Assembly: GCA_965203445.1 (NCBI GenBank)
Contig: OZ241883.1
Span: 1,376,001-1,440,000 of the forward strand
Length of the DNA stretch: 64,000 nucleotides
From: Candidatus Oxydemutator sp.
Lineage (GTDB): Bacteria > Pseudomonadota > Gammaproteobacteria > Poriferisulfidales > Oxydemutatoraceae
Direction of reading: 5' to 3'
Shown: one piece after another, positions 11,201 through 21,522 of the stretch
How positions within the stretch are numbered: position 1 is the first letter of the stretch
How the letters are laid out: the number at the start of each line of letters is the position of its first letter
Made by a program: the position numbers and the translations under genes
Notes under the pieces: generated by a model
What the model was told of the DNA's origin: nothing
Databases searched by the model: none
What the model saw: only the letters and a program-made list of their open reading frames with translations

Positions 11201-13567
11201 ATCATAGATTGATTTGCCAGCGCGCGGCGCCACGGCGCGACCCCGAGGTCGCGGTGCTCAACGCCTTTCGGCATCATAGATTGATTTGCGCTGGTAGCCA
11301 CTCCACCCGCTCCAGGAGCCGACAGAGTGCTCAACGCCTTTCGGCATCATAGATTGATTTGCGCTGTTGTGCGGGATCGCCGTGCCTATCCGGGCTTGTG
11401 CTCAACGCCTTTCGGCATCATAGATTGATTTGCGCCGGACGATGCAGGTAACCGGCGGTTATTACAGGTGCTCAACGCCTTTCGGCATCATAGATTGATT
11501 TGCTCGTTGTTGGCGTTGCGCGCGAGGTAACTTTCCAGTGCTCAACGCCTTTCGGCATCATAGATTGATTTGCGCGCTCTGGCAAAATCGGGGGTAATGG
11601 GAGTACCGCGTGCTCAACGCCTTTCGGCATCATAGATTGATTTGCTCGCGCCGTACGGCAGGGCGGCGCCGACCGGGCGGTGCTCAACGCCTTTCGGCAT
11701 CATAGATTGATTTGCTGACTTCGCGCGCGCGCGCGTGTATCCTGATGCAGTGCTCAACGCCTTTCGGCATCATAGATTGATTTGCAAGGAGGTGCAGTGA
11801 TGGCCCGGATGAATTATCGAGAGTGCTCAACGCCTTTCGGCATCATAGATTGATTTGCAATAATAGCCCTCATTTTTCGCACACCAACTGTCCGTGCTCA
11901 ACGCCTTTCGGCATCATAGATTGATTTGCTTGCCGGTGGCATTGGCAGCGGTTTTGGTAGCGCGTGCTCAACGCCTTTCGGCATCATAGATTGATTTGCA
12001 CGATTGCGCGAACCTTTACCTCTACCTCGTCTAGGGTGCTCAACGCCTTTCGGCATCATAGATTGATTTGCGTCCTCTTGGCGTTCTGGTGTGAGGAGCT
12101 TGGAAGGTGCTCAACGCCTTTCGGCATCATAGATTGATTTGCTCGCATCTCTGACATAAGCACAAAAGAGTGGCACAAGTGCTCAACGCCTTTCGGCATC
12201 ATAGATTGATTTGCCGCGTTACGCGGTTTTGATAAACGGGGTTATCACTATGTGCTCAACGCCTTTCGGCATCATAGATTGATTTGCGTAGGCAAATGTT
12301 TTTCATCAGTTATCAATATCATAGTGCTCAACGCCTTTCGGCATCATAGATTGATTTGCTGCGTGGCGCTATGGAGATGATTGCGCGCGGTGCTGTGCTC
12401 AACGCCTTTCGGCATCATAGATTGATTTGCCCCCGATACCCTGAACAGGCGCCATGGGCGCCCCATGTGCTCAACGCCTTTCGGCATCATAGATTGATTT
12501 GCCACCCCGCAGGTAATCACGGGCATAGTAGCGAATAGTGCTCAACGCCTTTCGGCATCATAGATTGATTTGCATGTTTCAACATGGGAGTAGTTTTGAA
12601 GATAGAAGTGCTCAACGCCTTTCGGCATCATAGATTGATTTGCAGGCAAAAAGTAAAACTTACCAGCGATCTCTGGTGGTGCTCAACGCCTTTCGGCATC
12701 ATAGATTGATTTGCGTACCGCCAGCCATGCTTCTCCGCGCTGCCGACATGTGCTCAACGCCTTTCGGCATCATAGATTGATTTGCACGGTAACCCTCGAA
12801 CACCTTAAGGCGCTCGACTAGTGCTCAACGCCTTTCGGCATCATAGATTGATTTGCACACGATGCGCGACCGTCTCAACAGAGAGCTGAGGTGCTCAACG
12901 CCTTTCGGCATCATAGATTGATTTGCACGATTGCGCGCACCCTTACCTTTACCTCGTCTAGGGTGCTCAACGCCTTTCGGCATCATAGATTGATTTGCCA
13001 CCTCGCGCTCCAGGCCGTCGATTCGGTCCGCGGTGTGCTCAACGCCTTTCGGCATCATAGATTGATTTGCTCGGTTTTGTGCTGTTCGAGGACATCACGC
13101 GAGAGTGCTCAACGCCTTTCGGCATCATAGATTGATTTGCTCGCGCAGCCGCGAGGCCGCCCAGATCGGCGAATTGTGCTCAACGCCTTTCGGCATCATA
13201 GATTGATTTGCCGAGATGGGCGCCGTCTCGGCCGCCCGCCAAGACACGTGCTCAACGCCTTTCGGCATCATAGATTGATTTGCCAGGGTTGATACGCTTG
13301 AAAATACGCTTTTCAAGTTGTGCTCAACGCCTTTCGGCATCATAGATTGATTTGCTTCGGCCCCGAGGGCTCGTTCATAAACCGCTGGTTGTGCTCAACG
13401 CCTTTCGGCATCATAGATTGATTTGCCTGCTGGACGTCGGATTCGACACCATAGGCGTCGAGTGCTCAACGCCTTTCGGCATCATAGATTGATTTGCAAT
13501 ACGCCGCGCGTTAATCATTGATAAAATCAATGTGCTCAACGCCTTTCGGCATCATAGATTGATTTGC
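5267..13567 (-). CRISPR. CRISPR array, ~117 repeats of 36 bp (transcribed sense GCAAATCAATCTATGATGCCGAAAGGCGTTGAGCAC), spacers ~31-38 bp
   Basis: Plus-strand repeat GTGCTCAACGCCTTTCGGCATCATAGATTGATTTGC recurs about every 71 bp (manual count ~117). The one variant repeat I noticed (C>T) is at 5267, the trailer end. The AT-rich leader and cas genes lie at the right end. The GCC-GAAA-GGC hairpin and TTGAGCAC handle are typical of Myxan/I-B repeats. Confidence 0.99.
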
Positions 13568-13817
13568 AGACCCTTTTTATCTGATTGAAACCAGTGGACT
13601 TTTTTTCATAGTTTTCAAGCTTCTGATTCATCATGGTAACACACTACCCTTTTCTTAAGAGTTCCGTAAAAGAAGTTTTTTGATTATCTGATAGCTATAG
13701 TAGTTCATGCATGTACATCCTTAACAAGAGAGCCAAAGTATTTTGAAAGTTTTATGTATTTTCTTTCCTGCGTAGAGAAGTAGCGACTCCAGCAAGTGAT
13801 CCATGACTCACACAATA
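13568..13817 (-). promoter_or_regulatory. CRISPR leader
   Basis: AT-rich non-coding segment between the cas2 stop and the first repeat. Confidence 0.8.
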
Positions 13818-14102
13818 TCATAGAATTTCAAAGCGCGGCGGTGCCTCGGTCCAGATTTCCTTGTTGCGTCTCTCGATCACCCGGCTTTGTGGCGCAAGCC
13901 GAATGATCAGCAGATCGTCTTCCTCAGCCAGTATTTTTTCCAACTCCCAACGAAGTGCTTCCATTTGAGTAGCAGTGAAATGGCAACGGAACAATGAGTA
14001 TTGAAGCCATTCGCCATTTCCACGCATGTGCTTGTATACCTGTCGCCAGCGGCGTTGATCGCGGATGTCGTAGCTGAACAGATACCAGTGTCTATCACTC
14101 AT
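13818..14102 (-). CDS. cas2: CRISPR-associated endoribonuclease Cas2
   Basis: WYLFSYDIRD...R, GEWLQYSLF, DDLLII. 94 aa from the ATG at 14102, directly after cas1. Confidence 0.95.
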   Translation of the reverse strand: MSDRHWYLFSYDIRDQRRWRQVYKHMRGNGEWLQYSLFRCHFTATQMEALRWELEKILAEEDDLLIIRLAPQSRVIERRNKEIWTEAPPRFEIL

Positions 14103-14104
14103 AG

Positions 14105-15739
14105 TTATCGAATCCGCAACTTCGCAAAGTTTCCACCTTGCTCGCTCCATTCCTTCTCGAGAAGTCGCGCCTCCAGTTCAATCGTGCGAGCATAACTCAG
14201 TGAATAGTTCAACACGGGATGCTTCCATGTTTCCTGCTTACGGCTTTCGTACAGTTCAATCGCCTGCCGCCGCCCCTCATCAGAAAGCCAAACCTGCTGC
14301 TTGGTAACGTTGAAGTGCCGTTGCCTCCATTGGCGGCGGTTGATGGATGCGACCAAAGCCATGTCCCAAAGCAACACTCGGAATATTTCCATTAAATCCA
14401 GCGCCAGAGGATGTGCCGCGCTACGTGGCGTGTGAAAGAATCCGAGAGTGGAGTCTAACCCGACTACGATAATGGCAGCCATGACGTCCCGATACAACAA
14501 CGCATAACCGAAAGATAGCGCTGCATTGAAAGCGTCTTGCGGAGGACGGCGCGTTCTGCCTGGAAACGACATCAGATCGTCATCGTCGGTTTGCAGCAGG
14601 CAAGCCAGCGCCTCGAAGTACGATCGCGCTGCTACGCCTTCACATCCCCGCAGCATGTCCACTTCCTCACATTGCCCCACTGCACGAATCTGGCTGCGCA
14701 GCATGTTCATTTGAATCTTGATGTCGTCTTTTTTGTTTTTGACACGCGCACTGCGAGCAAGAAAGCGCAGCTGGTTCTCAATTTTGGCCAGTGCCGTTCG
14801 CCGAGATAATTGAATCCGCAACGACCGATCCGTCAGAGCACGGTATTGGCGCAAACGGCGTTGCACTCCCGGTGGCGAATTGATGCCACCTACGTAGCGG
14901 CCGCCGCCACTGAGCCAATGCACCGCCACGTTTTCAGCGACCGCAAAGTGAATAGCCTGGGCGCTGATCTGGGTGTTGCCGTGCAGGATAATAGCGCCCA
15001 CGTCCTTGCCCGGAAACTTGATCGCTTCCCCTTCCACCGGTTTGACTACGAATTGCAGGCCACTACGGACAACCCGGCTGCCGACTTCCGTGATATGCAG
15101 GGTACGCCGTTCCTCGTGTTTGGGGAATAGTCGCTTGGGCTTTTTCGCAGCGTCTGCGTCCGCCTCCTGCTGAAAACGTTCTTCTTCCGGCAAACATACC
15201 GGTGCCAGAGAGCACTTGGCGCACAGGTTTTCATTGGTTGTGATGGGTGGCCGCTCAATTTTCCCAGATAACTCGCGGGCGCGACTGATAGTTCGACGCA
15301 ACTTTTCTCGGGCTTCATCATCTATCGTTACGCGAATCGTTTTGTTGTTAGCGTGGTAACGGATGCGTCCTTCGGTAACCGGTTTGTCAAAATGTTCGGA
15401 AAGCAAGACCGCATAAGCGATGACTTGTAGTTTGTCGGTGTCCCAGGCATCGTCGCCTTTGGAGCGTCCACGCTTATGCTCTACGGCAATCAACTTGCCG
15501 TCCCGATAGCGCGCAAAATCCACCTTGCCGCGAATTCCCCATTCATTGCTTTTCAACTCGATGCTTTGCCATTCGCGGTTTTTGTCTATTTCAACTTCGT
15601 GCAGCGTGCGACCGGCATAGACGCGCTTGTCTGCAATACGGATTTCTTCTACTTCTTCTAAATAAAACAGGCGCTCGCAGTACTCGAGCGCATGGAGTGC
15701 CATGACGCGCGTCAGTGTAGTATTGGAATCCAGAGGCAT
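14105..15739 (-). CDS. cas1: Cas4-Cas1 fusion (Myxan type)
   Basis: N-terminal Cas4 (YCERLFY, GKVD, EHKRG, CAKCSLAPVCLP) and C-terminal Cas1 (LRGCEG, NAALSFGY, GFFH, LDLMEIFR). Confidence 0.95.
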   Translation of the reverse strand: MPLDSNTTLTRVMALHALEYCERLFYLEEVEEIRIADKRVYAGRTLHEVEIDKNREWQSIELKSNEWGIRGKVDFARYRDGKLIAVEHKRGRSKGDDAWDTDKLQVIAYAVLLSEHFDKPVTEGRIRYHANNKTIRVTIDDEAREKLRRTISRARELSGKIERPPITTNENLCAKCSLAPVCLPEEERFQQEADADAAKKPKRLFPKHEERRTLHITEVGSRVVRSGLQFVVKPVEGEAIKFPGKDVGAIILHGNTQISAQAIHFAVAENVAVHWLSGGGRYVGGINSPPGVQRRLRQYRALTDRSLRIQLSRRTALAKIENQLRFLARSARVKNKKDDIKIQMNMLRSQIRAVGQCEEVDMLRGCEGVAARSYFEALACLLQTDDDDLMSFPGRTRRPPQDAFNAALSFGYALLYRDVMAAIIVVGLDSTLGFFHTPRSAAHPLALDLMEIFRVLLWDMALVASINRRQWRQRHFNVTKQQVWLSDEGRRQAIELYESRKQETWKHPVLNYSLSYARTIELEARLLEKEWSEQGGNFAKLRIR

Positions 15740-15755
15740 CTATGAACACGTTAAC

Positions 15756-16487
15756 CTATGCCATATTATTTGGGGTGATACAAATCCAATACTTTTCTTC
15801 TTGCGGTCTTTGGGGTAGCGGCATGGGGTCAGAAAGTGAAAAGGTTTCAATGCGGGATTTGTTCTCCTCTGAATAGTCCACCCAAACGGGCATAGTTAAA
15901 AAACCACCATCGTCTTTTTGTAAAAACCGCCCTTCGTCATGAGGTGTTTTTTCTCGAATTTCGTTGACAAGATGCGAAGACTCGCCGAGGGATAGACCGC
16001 CATAGCGTACAATGCTGCCTCGCGTACCTGGATCCAAGGCGTTGCGGATATTTTGCACTATGCGATCTGCGTTCTCTCCCACTTGTTCATCTTTTTCATC
16101 TGCATCACGTACCCATACCCAAAATTTCAACCATAAGACTAGTTCTTGGTAGTCGGGACGGCGCCCGAGGTAGTCTCGTTGCTCCCATTGCTTATGTTCT
16201 TCAGTGTTGCTTCGGTCTGGTTCTTTTGGGGATTGCGGAACGCGCCGAAATTTGCGAAATATTTTTGTGCGTCCTATCGCGCCGTTGTCATAGGAACTTT
16301 CCGCGATAGCTATAGAAAGTTGTACGTCCTTGAACTTCTCTTTCTCGTCTCTCTCCGTTCCGATGAGTGAAAGCAGCATTCCAAAAACAGTAGATGGCGG
16401 TGGTGCAGGAAAGCTCTCCTGATATTCTCGTGCCCAACGCGGACGAAATCCTGCCATCGGCACATCTACATACAGTGAAAGTATCAT
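15756..16487 (-). CDS. cas5: Cas5 (DevS/Cmx5-type)
   Basis: VPMAGFR...PPPSTVFGMLLSLIG, RPDYQEL, GGLSLGESSHLVN. Confidence 0.92.
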   Translation of the reverse strand: MILSLYVDVPMAGFRPRWAREYQESFPAPPPSTVFGMLLSLIGTERDEKEKFKDVQLSIAIAESSYDNGAIGRTKIFRKFRRVPQSPKEPDRSNTEEHKQWEQRDYLGRRPDYQELVLWLKFWVWVRDADEKDEQVGENADRIVQNIRNALDPGTRGSIVRYGGLSLGESSHLVNEIREKTPHDEGRFLQKDDGGFLTMPVWVDYSEENKSRIETFSLSDPMPLPQRPQEEKYWICITPNNMA

Positions 16488-16507
16488 TTGACGTTATTCT
16501 TGGGTAT

Positions 16508-17434
16508 TTAGGCAGACAATTTTTCGCCTGCCTTTTTCACTGCCATCTTCACACCGCTTGTGACAGTCGCCCCTTTTTCCTCTAACTCATCAAAGCCAGC
16601 CACAGAGATGTTCGCTGTAATAATCAATTCTCGCGCTGGAATATCTGAATCATTATCACCAGACATTTCCACAAGTCGAGGAATGCTAACGTCGCCACGA
16701 TCTTCGTCTTGCTCAAAACAGTACAGAAATCGTGGTGCGGGGTCGCTGGTAATGCGCAGCACTACTGCCGCTGCTGAGTAGTCGGCAAAATAACGTGCAT
16801 GTGCCCCGCCTACTCTTCGCAGGGATACAAGTCCATTCAATGTCTTACACACTCTTTCAACTATCTCTTCTGGTTGGTGCCTGCTTTCACCGTTATTGCC
16901 TTCGCGTCCAATAGCGTCGGGAGTTAGGGCGAAACCGAATTGATAGCGTGTGTGATGCACCTCAACGGCATGAGGGTGGGGCGATGCACTTTTTTTAAGT
17001 TTGCCTTCTTTTTCATAGTCTGAACTTACGTTTGTGCCAGGAGAGGCAAAATTGTTCATCGTTTCACCGCGCCACGGAGTAACAGAAATTGCTCGGGTGA
17101 CTTCCAGGGGCGCGCGTCGTGCACGTGTGGGGTTGTCCGCCCGCATAAAGCCGAGCAAATCGTCATCAAGACGAGCTTGCCACTTACCTTCGGCAAACTC
17201 TGTGTCACTATATTTTGATTTACTGTGATCTGGCATCGTACGGTTCAGGGTTTCGCCGGCAAACTGCCAACCCTCACGTAAGGCATAACGTATTGCTTCT
17301 GCCGATACAGTAGTCCACTGGTCGCCGTTACGAAATACTTTTTGCAAGTTTGAGGTAACGCCCTCCCCTTCGCCACGATTGTTGGAAAAAGTGCCCTCCT
17401 GCGTGAGCACCATACCGAAAATGTGTGTCGCCAT
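16508..17434 (-). CDS. cas7: Cas7 (DevR/Cst2-type)
   Basis: NNRGEGEG..LQKV, TTVSAEAIRYALR, DDDLLGFM, EVHHTRYQFGF, VGG.HAR. Confidence 0.92.
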   Translation of the reverse strand: MATHIFGMVLTQEGTFSNNRGEGEGVTSNLQKVFRNGDQWTTVSAEAIRYALREGWQFAGETLNRTMPDHSKSKYSDTEFAEGKWQARLDDDLLGFMRADNPTRARRAPLEVTRAISVTPWRGETMNNFASPGTNVSSDYEKEGKLKKSASPHPHAVEVHHTRYQFGFALTPDAIGREGNNGESRHQPEEIVERVCKTLNGLVSLRRVGGAHARYFADYSAAAVVLRITSDPAPRFLYCFEQDEDRGDVSIPRLVEMSGDNDSDIPARELIITANISVAGFDELEEKGATVTSGVKMAVKKAGEKLSA

Positions 17435-17905
17435 TTATATTGCCTCCTTGGTTTTGTTTTTGTTGGCAAGCCGGCCATCGGTAAAAGTGATAAGCGCGAG
17501 TAATGCCAAGTCACGTGCTTTTGCATAGTCATGCCTGTCGTTTAGCATCCCCCACATCATGGTGGATAACTCGTTGCCGCTACCGTCTTCTTGCCAGAAT
17601 AGCAATCCGCCTGCATGTTCTTCGCCACCATCTGTTTTCAACTTCCTGTGACGCGAGTTTGCTTCGGCTAGTAGGCCAACGATTGTCGCACGGCAGAGTG
17701 GCTGCGTTTTTGCGCTATTCAGTTTGCGGCGAACTTCATCCACTTTGTCATCCCACCTTTCGCGCAGCGATCGTCCGCCCCCTCTCTTAGCGGCAAACTC
17801 CTCTTCATTAAGCATCCGCCGAAACGCGCGGTGGAATACACCCTGAACTAGTTTATGGTCTTCTGTTTCGCCCCAAATACCACTGTCCTTTTTTGTTAGT
17901 TTCAT
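17435..17905 (-). CDS. cas11: Cas11 small subunit, translated from an internal start within cas8 (predicted)
   Basis: In-frame ATG at 17905 preceded by GAGAGGAG-AGAACTT (SD-like). Gives a 156-aa C-terminal product. Hidden Cas11 translation is established for types I-B, I-C and I-D. Confidence 0.7.
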   Translation of the reverse strand: MKLTKKDSGIWGETEDHKLVQGVFHRAFRRMLNEEEFAAKRGGGRSLRERWDDKVDEVRRKLNSAKTQPLCRATIVGLLAEANSRHRKLKTDGGEEHAGGLLFWQEDGSGNELSTMMWGMLNDRHDYAKARDLALLALITFTDGRLANKNKTKEAI

Positions 17906-19213
17906 AAGTTCTCTCCTCTCATATTTGATGAGTTTATCAAACCAGAAATGTTCTGGAGACATATCGCGTGGTGTCTTTTCACGGATTTCGTCTCCATGCC
18001 AAAATGGTATGTACGCCAATTCGCGGTACCAGTTATACCCTTTCAGCAAATTGGCTGCTATACGCTCACGACAACTTGGCAAACTTATAAATGATGGTTT
18101 TCCATTTTGTTGTACTCGCACGGTTTTAGTTGCTGGGAAAATACGGTTAAAACAGCGGTATTTGTTGACTGCTTCATATGCAGCGGCTGGCGAGAACCGT
18201 AAGTGGCTTTTGCGCACATTCTGGCTTGAGTAATGGGACACTTGTCCCATTACTATCGCTAATACTTCAGTGCTGTCAGTTTTCGCTAATTTTACACCTG
18301 TCAAGTATCGTAATGTGGCGTCTTCTAAACCAGCCACTTCGCTTTGAAATGGCCAATTTGCTGAGGTTACGGAATGCCGTAATACGCTTTTGTGGAATGT
18401 TGATAACGACCGGACCTGCGGAACGATGAACGCCCAGTTGGATTTCATCTTATCTTTTACTTTGGTGTTAGGTAATTTTATGAAGTGGCATGCCAATGGT
18501 GCAAATGCGAGCAAAAAACAAATACTAGCAAATCCTTTCCATTGCTGTTCTTTTTTCCCGAAGCGGGGTGCGGAACCAGGGTAAATCCATGAAGCAAGCT
18601 CATCAACTGTATGGGATGAGGTAAATTCATTATTTTGCAATATCTTTTTCCCACAATTTTTCCAATATGCTAACTCGGCACCGCAGTTGATAGAAGCATA
18701 CCGAAGAGAAAACGGTCTATCTTCGTCATAGTATTCTGTTTTTACTTCTGGCTTTTTTGCCTTGATATTCGTTCCTTTTGGCTTAGTAATGCTTTTACCA
18801 TGCTGTAAGAAAGTACTAAGCAACCCATTATGCGTCGGCAGGCGCAAGTAGTAGTTATCGAAGTGTGTCTGTTTGCGGTGTACCGCAGGCAGGAACAAAA
18901 CCCCGTCATGTACCTGCCACGCCCAACGTATTATTCTGTCAAAGGAATCAGCAGTTTTATCTGTATCATGCCAGTCTAATTTCACTGCAATATCACCTTT
19001 TGGAAAATCCCAATGCACATTCTCTTTCAGTTCTTTTGCTTGCCTCTTAGCCGGCGATTCTAGAAGGGCAGAATCCCAGATATCCGCTGCCGTAAGGGAC
19101 ATGTATAAGCCAGCCAATCCGGCCCGTTCATATTCTCCCATACCGGGATCATTCAGTGCCCATGTATAAGACGTGAGTGCTGGTGTTTTCTTAGTCATGA
19201 TTTCTGTTTCCAC
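17435..19213 (-). CDS. cas8: Cas8 large subunit (Cmx8/Cas8a1-like, type I-B Myxan)
   Basis: DPGMGEYERAGLAGLYMSL, HNGLLSTFLQH, WIYPG, C-terminal ARDLALLAL. Lies between cas3 and cas7. Confidence 0.85.
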   Translation of the reverse strand: METEIMTKKTPALTSYTWALNDPGMGEYERAGLAGLYMSLTAADIWDSALLESPAKRQAKELKENVHWDFPKGDIAVKLDWHDTDKTADSFDRIIRWAWQVHDGVLFLPAVHRKQTHFDNYYLRLPTHNGLLSTFLQHGKSITKPKGTNIKAKKPEVKTEYYDEDRPFSLRYASINCGAELAYWKNCGKKILQNNEFTSSHTVDELASWIYPGSAPRFGKKEQQWKGFASICFLLAFAPLACHFIKLPNTKVKDKMKSNWAFIVPQVRSLSTFHKSVLRHSVTSANWPFQSEVAGLEDATLRYLTGVKLAKTDSTEVLAIVMGQVSHYSSQNVRKSHLRFSPAAAYEAVNKYRCFNRIFPATKTVRVQQNGKPSFISLPSCRERIAANLLKGYNWYRELAYIPFWHGDEIREKTPRDMSPEHFWFDKLIKYERRELMKLTKKDSGIWGETEDHKLVQGVFHRAFRRMLNEEEFAAKRGGGRSLRERWDDKVDEVRRKLNSAKTQPLCRATIVGLLAEANSRHRKLKTDGGEEHAGGLLFWQEDGSGNELSTMMWGMLNDRHDYAKARDLALLALITFTDGRLANKNKTKEAI

Positions 19214-21522
19214 TCAGCGCCTTTGATTTTGTCGTAGCCAAGATATTCTTCTGCAATCAAAGGGAATCCTCCCATTATACCGACTATCGCATCATGGGGT
19301 ATTCCATTCATTGGGCCATTCATTGGGATAGTCCATTCCATCACTTCCCGTGTAGTGGGGTATTTTGAATTGCACTGCTCGCGGATGCTTGCTTCATCCT
19401 CTTTCCTGATCACTGTGATACTGTTTGCTCCTTCACGCAAAGTTGCCTGGCCGGACTCCCAGGCGTCATCGAGCCAAGCCGAATGTAGCTTAAAGTTATC
19501 ATCATCAGGCAAATTATTGAGACGATCATGCAAGTCAGCCTGCGAAAAATTACTGCGCTCAAGCTTTTCAACAATTTTATCAGCAGTGTTCAGATCAGAG
19601 CGAAGATATGGACGGCGGTCATGCCCGTCGAAAGGATATATCAAGCAGAGTCCTCCCTTGCTCTCCTCACCGCGGCGATTTAGACGCCCTAAGCGCTGAA
19701 TCAACGAAGGGAAAGGCGCACATGCTGAAACTAACAATCCCGCGCTGATATCCAGAGACATTTCACATACCTGAGTGGTTATTGCCAAGCAGGGCTTTTT
19801 TTGATTAAACACGTTAAGCAGGTTTTTCTGTATATCCACTCTATCTTTATAACGATAACGACTATGGAAAAGTATTGGTTTTACTGGAAGGTCATGCTCC
19901 ATCGCTTGTTTGTGTACTTCTCTTGCATCCCTGATTGTGTTACATACCCATAGAACCTTTTTGTTCTTTTCCAAGGCGTCAGAGACATCATCCCAACAGG
20001 CAGTCTCATCTTTCCGCTGTTTTATACGATAGCGTTTTTTCTTTTCTTCGGTTTCGTTTCCTTTCAGGAAAGTGGGTGCTCCTCCCCATTTTTCTAACGC
20101 CTTTCTGCGACTTGGAGACAGCGACGCCGTCATCAACAAGACGGGTATTCCAGGAAATGAATCCAGAAAGCGTAATAGTGCGCCAAACAGTTTGGCATCG
20201 TAGCTATGTATTTCATCGAACACGATTGCGCTCTTCAAAATTGCTGGAAAACTGAAAAGCCCTACTCGTTGGTTCTGTATCAACCCGAGCACCGTGTCCA
20301 CGGTGCAGGCGATAACTTGCTGGCCCCACGCTCGTAGAGATAGCACGCCTAAAACGCCATTGGCCTCTTCATTCGGGATTCCCTCGCCGTTGATGTTCAT
20401 GCGAGCAATGTCCACGTCCGCACGGGAGTGAACCAGCGTACGTTCAAGTTCACTTTGTGCGAGCAGATAGTCCTCAAATCCTGCTGATGCCGTTCCAGTA
20501 GTCGGATAACAAAAGATCAATTTACGTCCTTCATGCTGCTTTGCCCACTCATAGGCAGCAATAGTTTTGCCGCCTCCACATGCGGCTTCCAGCACGGTTC
20601 TATCTGCCGTAGAAGTTCCAGCCTGTTTTTGAAACCCGTATAGCTTATTGCTGCTGTCTATTCTGCTATCTATGACCTCGTCCAGATTGGCAGCCGAGAA
20701 ATCTTTGCCAAGTGATTTTTCAATCGCCTTGTGCACTGCAAACTCTTTTTCTCCATTGTCACTCCACAGAGCAGACCCGGCAACGTCAGCGGCTATCACC
20801 AAGCCTTTGGCGTAAGCTGTCAAGAGACGCTCCTCCGGGAGCAAGCCTTCGGATATTTCTTCTGATTCCCAAATGTAATTTTCCACTAAATCAGCGTGCG
20901 AATCCTCGCTGAAATCAGTTTTTATAGAGAAGTCAGGAATGGACGGTTCTCGTTGTACTGTGATGTTGAGGTCATCTGATATTACATTCACTAATTCGGT
21001 AATTATTGGCTGTACGCGGTCACCACCATGGAACTCGATTTTTTCTGGTGGGATACCGGCAATTTGTATCATGCTGCTCATTTCATGGTCAGCGCAGTGG
21101 TGCAGTTTCAGGTGGTGTCCACCCACTATCCAGGAAAGCATCCAGACGAGGCGCGTAGCATTTTCACAATCCTTGAAAACGTCTTGCTCAAGCCATTTTG
21201 AAAAATCGCGACACTCTTTCGTATAACCAGCCACGATTAACGCGCTAAGAATCTCATGGCGAATTGGCTGGTTGATATTTCGTCCAACAGTGCCTTGTAG
21301 TTTTCCTAAAAAGATATTGTTTGCCTTACCAAGATCGTGCAGAACAGCACCTATCAGCGTCAATTCTCGCAACCTTTGGCGGTTTATTTTCTCAGGCAAA
21401 AACTGCTGGATTGATGAAAATACCGACCTTGAGGCAGTGCCAACCGCTCTGGTGTGATCGAGTAAAGAAACTGCCGGGCAATCATGCCGCGCCGACTTGG
21501 CAAGTAATGTTGTCTTGCTCAC
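19195..21522 (-). CDS. cas3: Cas3 HD nuclease-helicase
   Basis: HD domain (LLDH, LHDLGK, RHE, GHH, AAD), Walker A ACGGGKT, DEIH, QRLGRLNR. The GTG start overlaps the cas6 stop (GTGA). Confidence 0.95.
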   Translation of the reverse strand: MSKTTLLAKSARHDCPAVSLLDHTRAVGTASRSVFSSIQQFLPEKINRQRLRELTLIGAVLHDLGKANNIFLGKLQGTVGRNINQPIRHEILSALIVAGYTKECRDFSKWLEQDVFKDCENATRLVWMLSWIVGGHHLKLHHCADHEMSSMIQIAGIPPEKIEFHGGDRVQPIITELVNVISDDLNITVQREPSIPDFSIKTDFSEDSHADLVENYIWESEEISEGLLPEERLLTAYAKGLVIAADVAGSALWSDNGEKEFAVHKAIEKSLGKDFSAANLDEVIDSRIDSSNKLYGFQKQAGTSTADRTVLEAACGGGKTIAAYEWAKQHEGRKLIFCYPTTGTASAGFEDYLLAQSELERTLVHSRADVDIARMNINGEGIPNEEANGVLGVLSLRAWGQQVIACTVDTVLGLIQNQRVGLFSFPAILKSAIVFDEIHSYDAKLFGALLRFLDSFPGIPVLLMTASLSPSRRKALEKWGGAPTFLKGNETEEKKKRYRIKQRKDETACWDDVSDALEKNKKVLWVCNTIRDAREVHKQAMEHDLPVKPILFHSRYRYKDRVDIQKNLLNVFNQKKPCLAITTQVCEMSLDISAGLLVSACAPFPSLIQRLGRLNRRGEESKGGLCLIYPFDGHDRRPYLRSDLNTADKIVEKLERSNFSQADLHDRLNNLPDDDNFKLHSAWLDDAWESGQATLREGANSITVIRKEDEASIREQCNSKYPTTREVMEWTIPMNGPMNGIPHDAIVGIMGGFPLIAEEYLGYDKIKGAEWKQKS

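Noticed and set aside
5372-13343. Many short ORFs containing VLNAFRHHRLIC or ANQSMMPKGVEH
   Set aside because: They are translations of the CRISPR repeat, not genes.
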